A DNA stretch of 64,000 bases. Origin: an uncultured Bacteroidales bacterium. Its GTDB lineage: Bacteria > Bacteroidota > Bacteroidia > Bacteroidales > UBA932. Below are positions 46,673 through 55,788 of the stretch, one piece after another. The notes under the pieces were generated by a model. That model was not told the origin of the DNA. It ran no database searches and worked only from the letters and a program-made list of their open reading frames with translations. Within the stretch, counting starts at the first letter, position 1, and the number at the start of each line of letters is the position of its first letter. The translations under genes and the position numbers were made by a program. Where the stretch lies: the NCBI GenBank assembly GCA_944322925.1, contig CALUQM010000008.1:9073-73072 (forward strand), given 5' to 3'.

Positions 46673-49098
46673 AAAAGATATTGCTTGCCCTGTCGGTACT
46701 TCTTGCAGGCGTTGTGGCCGCAAATGCCCAGATTACTTTCGGAACACCTGTCAGGATAAATGACGGGTGGAAATTCCGCCTCGACTCCATCGCTGACTAT
46801 TCAGGCGTAAAAGTCCGCAATTCCGGATGGCGGACAGTGAATCTTCCGCACGACTGGAGTGTGGAAAGCTGCATGTCCGATGAATATTACAGTTGTACCG
46901 GGTATCTTCCCGGCGGCATCGGATGGTACAGGAAGTCTGTGACGATACCCGAGTCTGAATCCGGGAAAAAACAGTATCTGTATTTCGGTGGCGTCTATTG
47001 CAACAGCGAGGTATGGGTCAACGGACACAAGGCCGGTTACCGGCCGAACGGATATGTTTCCTTCATTTATGATATCACACCTTATGTGAAATTCGGCGGC
47101 GAAAACGTCATTGCCGTAAAAGTGGACCATTCCGACCAGGCAGACTCCAGATGGTACACCGGATCCGGAATCTACCGCGACGTCTTCCTCGTATCGAGCG
47201 GATATGTCCATATCGACAACTGGGGGATTTTCGTGAAGACGGCTTCCGTAAAGTCAGGAGTGGCCGAACTCGATGTCACTCTTAAACTCGTCAATGAGAC
47301 GGACGCCGATGCCGCCCTTACCGTAAGGCATTGTCTTTACAGAAAGGGAGGCTCCGACGTAGTGGCTTCCGCGGCTTCGGAAGTCACGGTATCCGCCGGC
47401 GGGCGGGCTGAGGACTATTGCCGGATTTCGGTTCCTGATCCGAAACTGTGGAGCGTGGACGAGCCTTCACTTTACCGCCTCGAGACGACAGTTACCGACA
47501 CTGACGGGAACTTCGTCGACGGGACCACGACAGTTACCGGAATCAGGACCGTAAGGTTCGATGCGGACAAGGGCCTTTTCCTCAACGGAGTAAACATGAA
47601 GATGAAGGGAGTCTGCCTGCACCATGATGCGGCGTCTCTCGGGGCCGCAGTGCCTGAAAGCGTGTGGAGAAGGAGGCTGATGACCTTGAAGGAGCTGGGA
47701 GTCAACGCGATAAGGACAAGCCACAACATGCAGGACGAAATGTTGTACGACCTGTGCGACGAACTCGGTTTCCTGGTCAAGGACGAAGCCTTCGACGAAT
47801 GGGAATTCCCCAAGAGAAAATGGCTCATAGGGTGGAACGTAGGCAAGAATCCGGGATTTCAGGGATATGCGGAATATTTCGAGGAATGGGCGGAACAGGA
47901 TCTCAGGACAATGGTGGAAAGGGACAAGAACCACCCGTCGGTAATCTTGTGGAGCATAGGCAATGAGGTCGATTATCCGAATGACCCTTATTCTCATCCG
48001 ATACTTGACAAGGAAGGCATAAACCAGAAGACGATTCCGGGGTACAAGCCGGAAAAGCCCGCTGCGGAAAGAATAGGTTTCATTGCGGAGAGATTCGTGA
48101 AAATCGTCAAGGAGATAGACACTTCAAGAGCCGTTACCGGTGCCATGGCCGGCGTGGTAATGTCCAATTACACCAAATATCCGTATGTTCTCGACGTGAC
48201 AGGCTACAATTATACCGAAAGCCGGTATCAGTCCGATCATCTCCAGTATCCCGAAAGGATAATTTACGGTAGCGAAAACAGGCATCCGTATCCGGACTGG
48301 ACTGCCGTCAGGGACAATGAACACATATCCGGACAGTTCCTGTGGACAGGGATAGACTATCTCGGGGAAGCCGGACGTTTTCCGTCGAGAGGAATGGCGG
48401 CAGGCCTTCTCGACCTCGGAGGTTTTGTAAAGCCGAGAGGAATGTACCGAAAGACCCTGTGGTCCGACGAGCCGGCTGCGTATGTCGGAACGATAAGGAA
48501 AGACAGAATAAGGAAGAATACCGCCTATTTCGACCTGGAACCGGTCTGGAATTATGAACCCGGCGATACTGTCAGGGTAGCATCCTTCTCGAACTGCGAC
48601 TATTCGAGGCTGCTTGTCAACGGAAAGGAAATAAATGCCGCACCGGGATATGACGCCAATTCGAATTCCCTTTTCTGGGATGTCGTCTATGAACCCGGGA
48701 CGCTGAGGCTGGAAACCTGGTCCAAGGACGGTTCCGCCACCGGCTATGAAATCAGGACCTACGGCCGCCCTGTGAAACTGGTCGCGTTTGCCGACCGTCT
48801 GACCATGTCTGAAGGCGGTGACGTGGTTCATGTCGAGGTCAATTTCGTGGATAAGAACGGCACAAGGGTGCTCGATGCCATGGACGATGTAAAATGCACG
48901 GTGGAGGGTGCCGGAGAGCTGCTGCGTCTCGAGAATGCGTCTCCGAAATACACCGGACCTTATATTACGGATTCTATGCCGATGTACAGGGGGCGTATTC
49001 TGGCATACGTGAAATCTTCCGACAGGCCCGGTGCGGTGACAGTCAGATTTACGGCAGAGACTGGTGAAGAATGTTCAGTGAAAATCAATGTAAGGTGA
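46669..49098 (+). CDS. GH2 beta-galactosidase-like enzyme
   Basis: NLPHDWSVE, DSRWYTGSGIYRDV, AIRTSHN, WSIGNEVD, GSENRH, LWTGIDYLGEA. Confidence 0.93.
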   Translation: MKKILLALSVLLAGVVAANAQITFGTPVRINDGWKFRLDSIADYSGVKVRNSGWRTVNLPHDWSVESCMSDEYYSCTGYLPGGIGWYRKSVTIPESESGKKQYLYFGGVYCNSEVWVNGHKAGYRPNGYVSFIYDITPYVKFGGENVIAVKVDHSDQADSRWYTGSGIYRDVFLVSSGYVHIDNWGIFVKTASVKSGVAELDVTLKLVNETDADAALTVRHCLYRKGGSDVVASAASEVTVSAGGRAEDYCRISVPDPKLWSVDEPSLYRLETTVTDTDGNFVDGTTTVTGIRTVRFDADKGLFLNGVNMKMKGVCLHHDAASLGAAVPESVWRRRLMTLKELGVNAIRTSHNMQDEMLYDLCDELGFLVKDEAFDEWEFPKRKWLIGWNVGKNPGFQGYAEYFEEWAEQDLRTMVERDKNHPSVILWSIGNEVDYPNDPYSHPILDKEGINQKTIPGYKPEKPAAERIGFIAERFVKIVKEIDTSRAVTGAMAGVVMSNYTKYPYVLDVTGYNYTESRYQSDHLQYPERIIYGSENRHPYPDWTAVRDNEHISGQFLWTGIDYLGEAGRFPSRGMAAGLLDLGGFVKPRGMYRKTLWSDEPAAYVGTIRKDRIRKNTAYFDLEPVWNYEPGDTVRVASFSNCDYSRLLVNGKEINAAPGYDANSNSLFWDVVYEPGTLRLETWSKDGSATGYEIRTYGRPVKLVAFADRLTMSEGGDVVHVEVNFVDKNGTRVLDAMDDVKCTVEGAGELLRLENASPKYTGPYITDSMPMYRGRILAYVKSSDRPGAVTVRFTAETGEECSVKINVR

Positions 49099-49102
49099 AA
49101 CT

Positions 49103-51388
49103 ATGAAGAAAGGATTGTTTCTGACAGGCGCATTCGCGGTTTCGGCAATGTACCCGGGAGGTGCGGTGGCCGGAACAGGGAGTCAGGATGAAAACCGGGA
49201 CCTGCCCAATGTGGTGGTTTTCCTCGTAGATGACATGGGCTGGATGGATTCTTCGTGCTACGGCAGCAGATTCTATCGGACCCCGAACATGGAAGCTCTT
49301 GCCGAAAGCGGGCTGATGTTTACCGACGCTTATTCGGCCTGCACGGTGAGCTCTCCGACAAGGGCCGCCCTGATGACGGGAAAATATCCGGCACGGCTGC
49401 ATCTTACCGATTTCATTGCCGGGCATAATTTCGCCTGGGCCAGGATGTCTCCTCCGGACTGGAGAAAATATCTTCCGCTGGAAGAAGTCACGATCGCCGA
49501 AATATTGAAAGATGCAGGGTATGCGACATGGCATGTCGGCAAATGGCATCTGGGGCAGGAGGAAAAATATTATCCTCAGAACCAGGGATTCGACATCAAT
49601 ATCGGCGGATGCGGAATGGGTGCTCCCGGCCAGCCGGGCCCGCGCACCAAAGGCTATTTCTCACCGTACGGGGTCCAGTACAATCTTGCCCCGGGACCGG
49701 AAGGGGAATATCTTACCGACCGCCTGACCGACGAGGCTCTCAGGCTGATACGTGGCAGGGACAGAAGCAAGCCTTTTTACCTGAACATGGCACACTACGC
49801 CGTCCATACTCCGCTTCAGGCAAAGCAGGATAAGATAAGTAAATACGAGGCGCTTGCCGATTCCTCGTATTTCCAGAAGAATGCGGTCTATGCCGCCATG
49901 ATAGAAAGCATGGATGAAAGTCTGGGCAGAATCAGGGCTGAACTCGAAAAGGAAGGCATAGCGGACAACACACTGTTTATCTTTGCTTCCGACAACGGAG
50001 CTCTTTACAGTGTTTCCGAAAGTCATCCTCTGAGAGCCGGAAAGGGCTCTGAGTTCGAGGGCGGCATCAGGACACCGCTGATAATATCATGGCCGGGGCA
50101 TATAGAGCCGGGCACGGTTTCACATGAACCTGTCATTACGATGGACATTCCTGCGACTCTGATGGACATGGTCGGCTACCGGCCTGAAGGTGCCCTGGAC
50201 GGCAAGTCGCTGATGCCGGTATTCGAAGGGAGGAAACTGAAGAAACGTCCGCTGTTCTGGCATTATCCCCATTATCACTTCGCAAAGCCGTTTTCTTCCA
50301 TGCGTCTGGGGGACTGGAAGCTCATCGAAATGCTTGAAGACAACTCCTTGATGCTTTTCAACCTGAAGAATGATATCGGGGAGACAGAGAACCTGGCCGG
50401 GAAATACCCGAAGCGTACAGCTGAAATGTATGCGATGCTTTCCGCATGGAGAGATTCGGTAGATGCGCAGTATCCTGTTCCCAATCCGGATTATGATCCC
50501 GCCCGGGCAGACAAAAAGGCTCCCAAAGGCAGAAAACAGCCGGACAGGAAGATCTCTTCCGCAATTTTGCCGGTGACTCCTCCGACAGAAAGATACACCC
50601 TCGATACCGCCGCAGTGCCGAGCGCGGTTTACCGTAAGGACCCGGATCTGAAAATGTATTTCATGTACCCTGAAAATCTCGGCAGGAATGAGTTGAGGCC
50701 GGCTATCGTCTTCTTTTTCGGAGGCGGATGGGTCAGCGGCTCGGTCAATGCGTTCGCCATGCAGGCGAAAGCACTGTCGGAGAGGGGCATGGTAGCGGTC
50801 CTTGCCGACTACAGGACGAAAAACAGGTACGGCACTCCTCCGACAGCATGCGTGGAAGATGCCAGATCAGCCATGCGCTACCTGAAAATCCATGCTGCAG
50901 AACACCACATCGACACGACGATGCTGGCTGCCGGAGGCGGATCGGCCGGGGCTCATATTGCTGCGGCTACCGCTTTTGTCAAAGGATTCGACTCCCCGGA
51001 CGATGACCTGTCCGTCTCGCCGGTTCCCAAGGCTCTCGTACTTTTCAATCCGGTTTTCAATAATGCTCCGGCTCCGGAAGGCTGGGGATATGAAAGAGTC
51101 AGGGATTGTTTCCCGGAGATTTCCCCGGCCCATAACATAGCACCGGGCGCCCCTCCTGTACTGATACTTCTCGGTACGAATGACAAGAACGTCCCTGTAT
51201 CCACAGCGGAAGCCTTCAAGGCTGAAATGGAGAAATGCGGGTCCAGATGCGATCTGGAACTGTATGAGGGGGCCGAACACGGGTTTTTCCATTTCAGTCC
51301 GAAACGGACCGGTGACAAGGATTTCTACACCAGGACCCTGACGCGGACCATTGAATTCCTTTTTTCTCTCGGGTATATAAAGAATTAA
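49103..51388 (+). CDS. Sulfatase (resembles S1_16) fused to C-terminal alpha/beta-hydrolase esterase
   Basis: VSSPTRAALMTGKYPARL sulfatase core; then FFFGGGW, ADYR, GGSAGAH, GTNDKNV, AEHGFF esterase triad in one open frame. Confidence 0.9.
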   Translation: MKKGLFLTGAFAVSAMYPGGAVAGTGSQDENRDLPNVVVFLVDDMGWMDSSCYGSRFYRTPNMEALAESGLMFTDAYSACTVSSPTRAALMTGKYPARLHLTDFIAGHNFAWARMSPPDWRKYLPLEEVTIAEILKDAGYATWHVGKWHLGQEEKYYPQNQGFDINIGGCGMGAPGQPGPRTKGYFSPYGVQYNLAPGPEGEYLTDRLTDEALRLIRGRDRSKPFYLNMAHYAVHTPLQAKQDKISKYEALADSSYFQKNAVYAAMIESMDESLGRIRAELEKEGIADNTLFIFASDNGALYSVSESHPLRAGKGSEFEGGIRTPLIISWPGHIEPGTVSHEPVITMDIPATLMDMVGYRPEGALDGKSLMPVFEGRKLKKRPLFWHYPHYHFAKPFSSMRLGDWKLIEMLEDNSLMLFNLKNDIGETENLAGKYPKRTAEMYAMLSAWRDSVDAQYPVPNPDYDPARADKKAPKGRKQPDRKISSAILPVTPPTERYTLDTAAVPSAVYRKDPDLKMYFMYPENLGRNELRPAIVFFFGGGWVSGSVNAFAMQAKALSERGMVAVLADYRTKNRYGTPPTACVEDARSAMRYLKIHAAEHHIDTTMLAAGGGSAGAHIAAATAFVKGFDSPDDDLSVSPVPKALVLFNPVFNNAPAPEGWGYERVRDCFPEISPAHNIAPGAPPVLILLGTNDKNVPVSTAEAFKAEMEKCGSRCDLELYEGAEHGFFHFSPKRTGDKDFYTRTLTRTIEFLFSLGYIKN

Positions 51389-51400
51389 CCACATACTGTC

Positions 51401-53254
51401 ATGAACCCTAAAATAATCCTTTCCGCCGGTCTTCTTCCGGCAGCAGCGGCCTCCGTTTCAGGAGCCGTTCCGAAATCGGAGCGTCCGAACATAGTCTTTT
51501 TCATGGCGGAAGACCTTGCAAGAACCTGTTTCGAACTGTATCAGGGCTATGGGGCCAAAACACCCTTCCTTGAGGAAATGGCCGGGCACGGGGTAGTATT
51601 CAACAACGCCTATTCAAATGCTCCCGTAAGTTCCGCAGCCAGGAGTTCTGTCATAACGGGCTGTTATGCTCCGGCATACGGCCTGTCCTCACACAGAAAA
51701 CTCGAGCCTGTCGTACTGCCGGAAAACATCTGGCTTTTCCCCCACTATCTCAGGGAAGCGGGATACTTTACCACCAATGCTTCCAAGACTGACTATAACT
51801 GCGTGATGGACAAGCAGGCCTGGGATCTCGTGAAAGGCAAGATGGGAGACTGGCGCAGGAGAAATTCTCCGGACCAGCCGTTCTTCCACTGTTTTTCGAT
51901 CAACGCCTGTCATGAGAGCTGCCTCCATTTCCCTGATTCCGACCTCGGTACGATCCCGACGGAGCATGATCCGGATTCTGTCAGACTTTATCCGTTCCAT
52001 CCGGATACGGAACTGTTCAGATATACATACGCCAGGCTGTACGACAAGATAAAATACGTGGATTCCGTCCTCGGGGAAATGCTTGCAATGCTCCGGGAAG
52101 ACGGTCTGCTCGACAATACCTTTGTGTTCTACATGGGCGACAACGGCGGATGCGTTCCGTTTTCGAAAAGCTATACCAACGAGCAGGGCCTGAATGTTCC
52201 GCTTGTGGTGTATATTCCGGACAACTGGAAAGATGACGTAGCCTATGCCGCCGGTGACAGGGCGGACGGTTTCGTGGAGTTCCTCGACCTTGCGCCTACC
52301 GTCCTTGCCCTTGCAGGCATAGATGTCCCGGGCCACATGGACGGAAGATCCTTCCTCGGACCTGAAATCAGCCGCGAGGACGTCGAATCCAGGGATGTGG
52401 TATTCTGCTACGGAGACCGTTTCGATGAACTCTATGCAGTGAACAGGACTGTCCGCAAGGGAGATTTCAAATATTCGAGGAACTATCTTCCCCATCAGCC
52501 TAAGGGAATGTTCTGCGCCTACCGTTACAAGCAGGCCGCATTCAGACAGTGGCGGGAAATGTTCGACAACGGGGAACTCGATGACATTCAGAGCGCCTTT
52601 TATCTCCCGCAGGGGGCAGAGGAGCTTTACGATCTTTCCTCCGATCCGTACGAGACTGTCAATCTTGCCGGGGATCCTGCCTTTGCCGGAAAACTGGAGG
52701 AGATGCGCGGTCTTCTGAAAGACAGGATAATGTCCGAGCAGGACCTTGTCCTGGTGCCTGAAGCATTCTGGCTGGACCACACGGACGACATTGTCGGCTT
52801 CAGGGAAAGCATCGGCAACAGACTGGGAGAATATTATGATGCTGCGGAACTGGAAAGAGGCCCGTTCCGCAAAGTCCATAAGGAAATCCGTGCCGCTCTG
52901 GACTCCGATGACCCGATAGTAAGATACTGGGCCGTTACGGCCTGCTGCGGTTTCGGAAAAGAGGCCCGCAGTCTGGAAAAGGAGATCAGGTCTCTTCTCG
53001 AGGATGACTGCACTGTCGTGAAAAGCCGTGCTGCCCTGTATTGTGTTGCAAACGGAATGGATGTGCCGGACAATGTCTTCAAGACCGCCCTTGCATCCTC
53101 TGAAAACGAAGCCGCCACACTGATGGTCCTGAACGATATGGCTTTTCTTTATGAAAATGTCGGAGGTTTCAGTGAAGAAATTTCCGAAATAGATCTGAAA
53201 TACCTGCCTAACGCCTACGGCGAAAGACTCAAATTCTTTAAAAGACACAAATGA
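51401..53254 (+). CDS. Ser-type sulfatase (S-x-A-x-R variant, resembles S1_8) with C-terminal HEAT-like extension
   Basis: PNIVFFMAEDL, PVSSAARSSVITG, KTDYN, MGDNGG; tail DSDDPIVRYWAVTA...DCTVVKSRAALY. Confidence 0.88.
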   Translation: MNPKIILSAGLLPAAAASVSGAVPKSERPNIVFFMAEDLARTCFELYQGYGAKTPFLEEMAGHGVVFNNAYSNAPVSSAARSSVITGCYAPAYGLSSHRKLEPVVLPENIWLFPHYLREAGYFTTNASKTDYNCVMDKQAWDLVKGKMGDWRRRNSPDQPFFHCFSINACHESCLHFPDSDLGTIPTEHDPDSVRLYPFHPDTELFRYTYARLYDKIKYVDSVLGEMLAMLREDGLLDNTFVFYMGDNGGCVPFSKSYTNEQGLNVPLVVYIPDNWKDDVAYAAGDRADGFVEFLDLAPTVLALAGIDVPGHMDGRSFLGPEISREDVESRDVVFCYGDRFDELYAVNRTVRKGDFKYSRNYLPHQPKGMFCAYRYKQAAFRQWREMFDNGELDDIQSAFYLPQGAEELYDLSSDPYETVNLAGDPAFAGKLEEMRGLLKDRIMSEQDLVLVPEAFWLDHTDDIVGFRESIGNRLGEYYDAAELERGPFRKVHKEIRAALDSDDPIVRYWAVTACCGFGKEARSLEKEIRSLLEDDCTVVKSRAALYCVANGMDVPDNVFKTALASSENEAATLMVLNDMAFLYENVGGFSEEISEIDLKYLPNAYGERLKFFKRHK

Positions 53255-54645
53255 TGACCGGACATCTTGCATCTTCTGTTACGGTGTGCGCAGCAGGTCT
53301 TGCCGCCGTGACTTCATGCGGTCAGAATGCCGGAAAATCCGGCTCCGACCTGCCGAACATAGTTTTTATCCTGGCGGATGACATGGGAATAGGCGATGTC
53401 GGCTGCTACGGGCAGCGGATGATCGAAACCCCGAACATCGACGCCCTTGCAGATGCGGGAGTCCGATTCACCTCGCATTATGCCGGCTCGACGGTAAGCG
53501 CGCCTTCCAGATGCTGCCTGATGACGGGCAAGGACACCGGACACTCGTGGGTGCGCGGCAACAAAGGTTCCGGCGGTTTCGATTTCCCTCTGGCATCGGA
53601 AGAGGTCACGGTGGCCGAGATATTGAAAGCCAGGGGCTATGCCACTGCCTGCGTCGGGAAATGGGGCCTCGGCGGAATAGGGGCGGAAGGGCATCCCAAC
53701 AATCAGGGCTTCGATTATTTCTTCGGATATCTCGGGCAGGGAGCTGCACATAACTATTATCCGGACTACCTGTACGAAAATTCGGAAAAGGTCATGCTCG
53801 ACGGCAAGGTCTACAGCCATTTCATGATAGTCGAGAAAGGTCTGGACTTCATAAGGCGGCACAGCGACGGGCCGTTCTTTGCCTATTTCGCAGTCACTCC
53901 TCCCCATGCCGATCTCGACTATCCTGATATCAGCCGGTATGAAGGCCGCTTCGAGGAAGTCCCTCATGTCAACAATACGAAAAACGGAAGAGGCTACAAG
54001 AGCCAGCCGAAACCGAGGGCGACTTACGCCTCCATGGTATCGGAAGTAGACAGCAATGTCGGCAGTGTCGTGTCATTACTCGACGAACTCGGTATTCTCG
54101 ACAATACCATAGTAATATTCTCTTCCGACAACGGCGTACATTGCGTAGGCGGCCACGACCCTGATTATTTCGACAGCAACGGACCGTTCAGGGGGTACAA
54201 GCGCGATCTTTACGAAGGCGGGGTGCGTACTCCTTTCGTCGTGAGGTGGGACGGCCATGTAGCTCCTGGTTCCGAGACGGACCATATTTCGGCATTCTGG
54301 GATTTCCTGCCGACGGTATGCGACATTGTAGGGGCTGAAGTTCCCGATTCGACAAACGGTATTTCATACCTGCCGACCCTGACAGGTGTCGGGAAACAGG
54401 CTGAACATCCATTCATTTACTATGAATTTTATGAAAAGGGAGGCAAGCAGTCCATCCTCAGGGACGGGTGGAAACTTGTGCGTCTGAACATGAGCAAACC
54501 GGAAAAAATCGTGGAGGAACTATATTATCTGCCGGACGATATCTCCGAACAGAATGATCTGGCCGGACAATATCCTGAAAAGGTGGCCGAACTCAGAGAT
54601 CTGGCACAGTCCCACAGGGAGGAAAGTCCGGTCTTCAAATGGTGA
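53251..54645 (+). CDS. Ser-type sulfatase lipoprotein (resembles S1_20), paralog of 33699-35120
   Basis: Lipobox VTSC; STVSAPSRCCLMTGKD, GKWGLG, FSSDNG, KRDLYEGGV. Confidence 0.93.
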   Translation: MMTGHLASSVTVCAAGLAAVTSCGQNAGKSGSDLPNIVFILADDMGIGDVGCYGQRMIETPNIDALADAGVRFTSHYAGSTVSAPSRCCLMTGKDTGHSWVRGNKGSGGFDFPLASEEVTVAEILKARGYATACVGKWGLGGIGAEGHPNNQGFDYFFGYLGQGAAHNYYPDYLYENSEKVMLDGKVYSHFMIVEKGLDFIRRHSDGPFFAYFAVTPPHADLDYPDISRYEGRFEEVPHVNNTKNGRGYKSQPKPRATYASMVSEVDSNVGSVVSLLDELGILDNTIVIFSSDNGVHCVGGHDPDYFDSNGPFRGYKRDLYEGGVRTPFVVRWDGHVAPGSETDHISAFWDFLPTVCDIVGAEVPDSTNGISYLPTLTGVGKQAEHPFIYYEFYEKGGKQSILRDGWKLVRLNMSKPEKIVEELYYLPDDISEQNDLAGQYPEKVAELRDLAQSHREESPVFKW

Positions 54646-54660
54646 CTGGAACTGTTCCTC

Positions 54661-55593
54661 CTACCTTCTCAATCTTACGAATATGCTCAGGGGCAGGTTT
54701 TTCCCGAATCTGTCCCTGAGTACCAGTTCCCCGCATTCGAGTCCCGGCACTTCTCCCGAAAGTCCGAAAGCCTGTTTCACGACAGTCTCTCCGAGTACGG
54801 CCGAATAGCCGTTCGAGTAAAGGTTCAGTACCATGAAACTGTCTGACGGAGCCAGTATCCCGGCCACGCATTTCATTATGTCGAAAAGGCATTCGTCGAG
54901 TTTCCATTTTTCACCGTCCGGACCGTGTCCGTATGCAGGGGGATCAAGAATTATCCCCTGATATACATTTCCCCTCCGGGCTTCTCTCCTGGCGAATTTC
55001 AGGGCGTCTTCCACTATCCATCTGATATTGTCCAGACCGCTGAGCTCCATGTTGGTCCTTGCCCATGTGACTACCTGCCTTACGGAGTCGAGATGCGTGA
55101 CATCAGCTCCTGCAGCCTTGGCGGCCAGGGAAGCCGCTCCGGTATATGCGAAAAGGTTGAGTACTCTTGGCCGGCTTTTCCCTTCGGCTTCAGCCTTGCG
55201 GACGAGTTCTGACGTGTTGGCGTAAATGTACTCCCAGTTCGGGGCCTGTTCCGGGAACACTCCGACATGTTTGAATGCCGTAAGTCCGAGTCTGAGGGAC
55301 AGGTCAAGCCCTTTCTGCGCCCCCTCGTACCGGATTACCCACTGGTCGTCCATCCTTTTCCGCCTGTCCCAGGTGCCGCTGTCCTCCTTGCCGGCCTTGC
55401 CGAATCCGGCGCCGGGGCTGAATCTCACGTTCATGAGCTTTTCCCAGTCGGTTTCCGACATTGTCTTGTCCCACAATGCCTTCGGCTCGGGACGGGCCAT
55501 GTGGAACCGTCCGAATCTTTCGAGCTTTTCGAAATTGCCCGAATCTACAAGTTCATAATCTTTCCAGAATTCTCCGGGAGTCTCTATTGTCAT
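54661..55593 (-). CDS. Class I SAM-dependent methyltransferase (RlmI/RlmK-like)
   Basis: YELVDSGNFEKLERFG, FKHVGVFPEQ, VLNLFAYTGAAS, IILDPPAYG. Confidence 0.88.
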   Translation of the reverse strand: MTIETPGEFWKDYELVDSGNFEKLERFGRFHMARPEPKALWDKTMSETDWEKLMNVRFSPGAGFGKAGKEDSGTWDRRKRMDDQWVIRYEGAQKGLDLSLRLGLTAFKHVGVFPEQAPNWEYIYANTSELVRKAEAEGKSRPRVLNLFAYTGAASLAAKAAGADVTHLDSVRQVVTWARTNMELSGLDNIRWIVEDALKFARREARRGNVYQGIILDPPAYGHGPDGEKWKLDECLFDIMKCVAGILAPSDSFMVLNLYSNGYSAVLGETVVKQAFGLSGEVPGLECGELVLRDRFGKNLPLSIFVRLRR

Positions 55594-55665
55594 GATATCC
55601 GTATTAATCTCCTGACTTTCATTACGGCCGTGTCAGGGATGGCGTTATAATGTCTGTCGCGAGGG

Positions 55666-55743
55666 CAAAGATAAGAAGAAATGCGCAATAAGCATAAGAT
55701 AATGAATTTCATTATTGTATTTCCCCGAAAATTGCTATTTTTG
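55666..55743. promoter_or_regulatory. Divergent promoters with a central Fur-box-like palindrome
   Basis: TATCTTTG (minus 55666-55673), GATAATGAATTTCATTATT (55698-55716), TATTTTTG (plus 55736-55743). Confidence 0.55.
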
Positions 55744-55788
55744 CAAGGATGTATTGAATCAGGGATTTAATCTATAACAACTTTTTAT

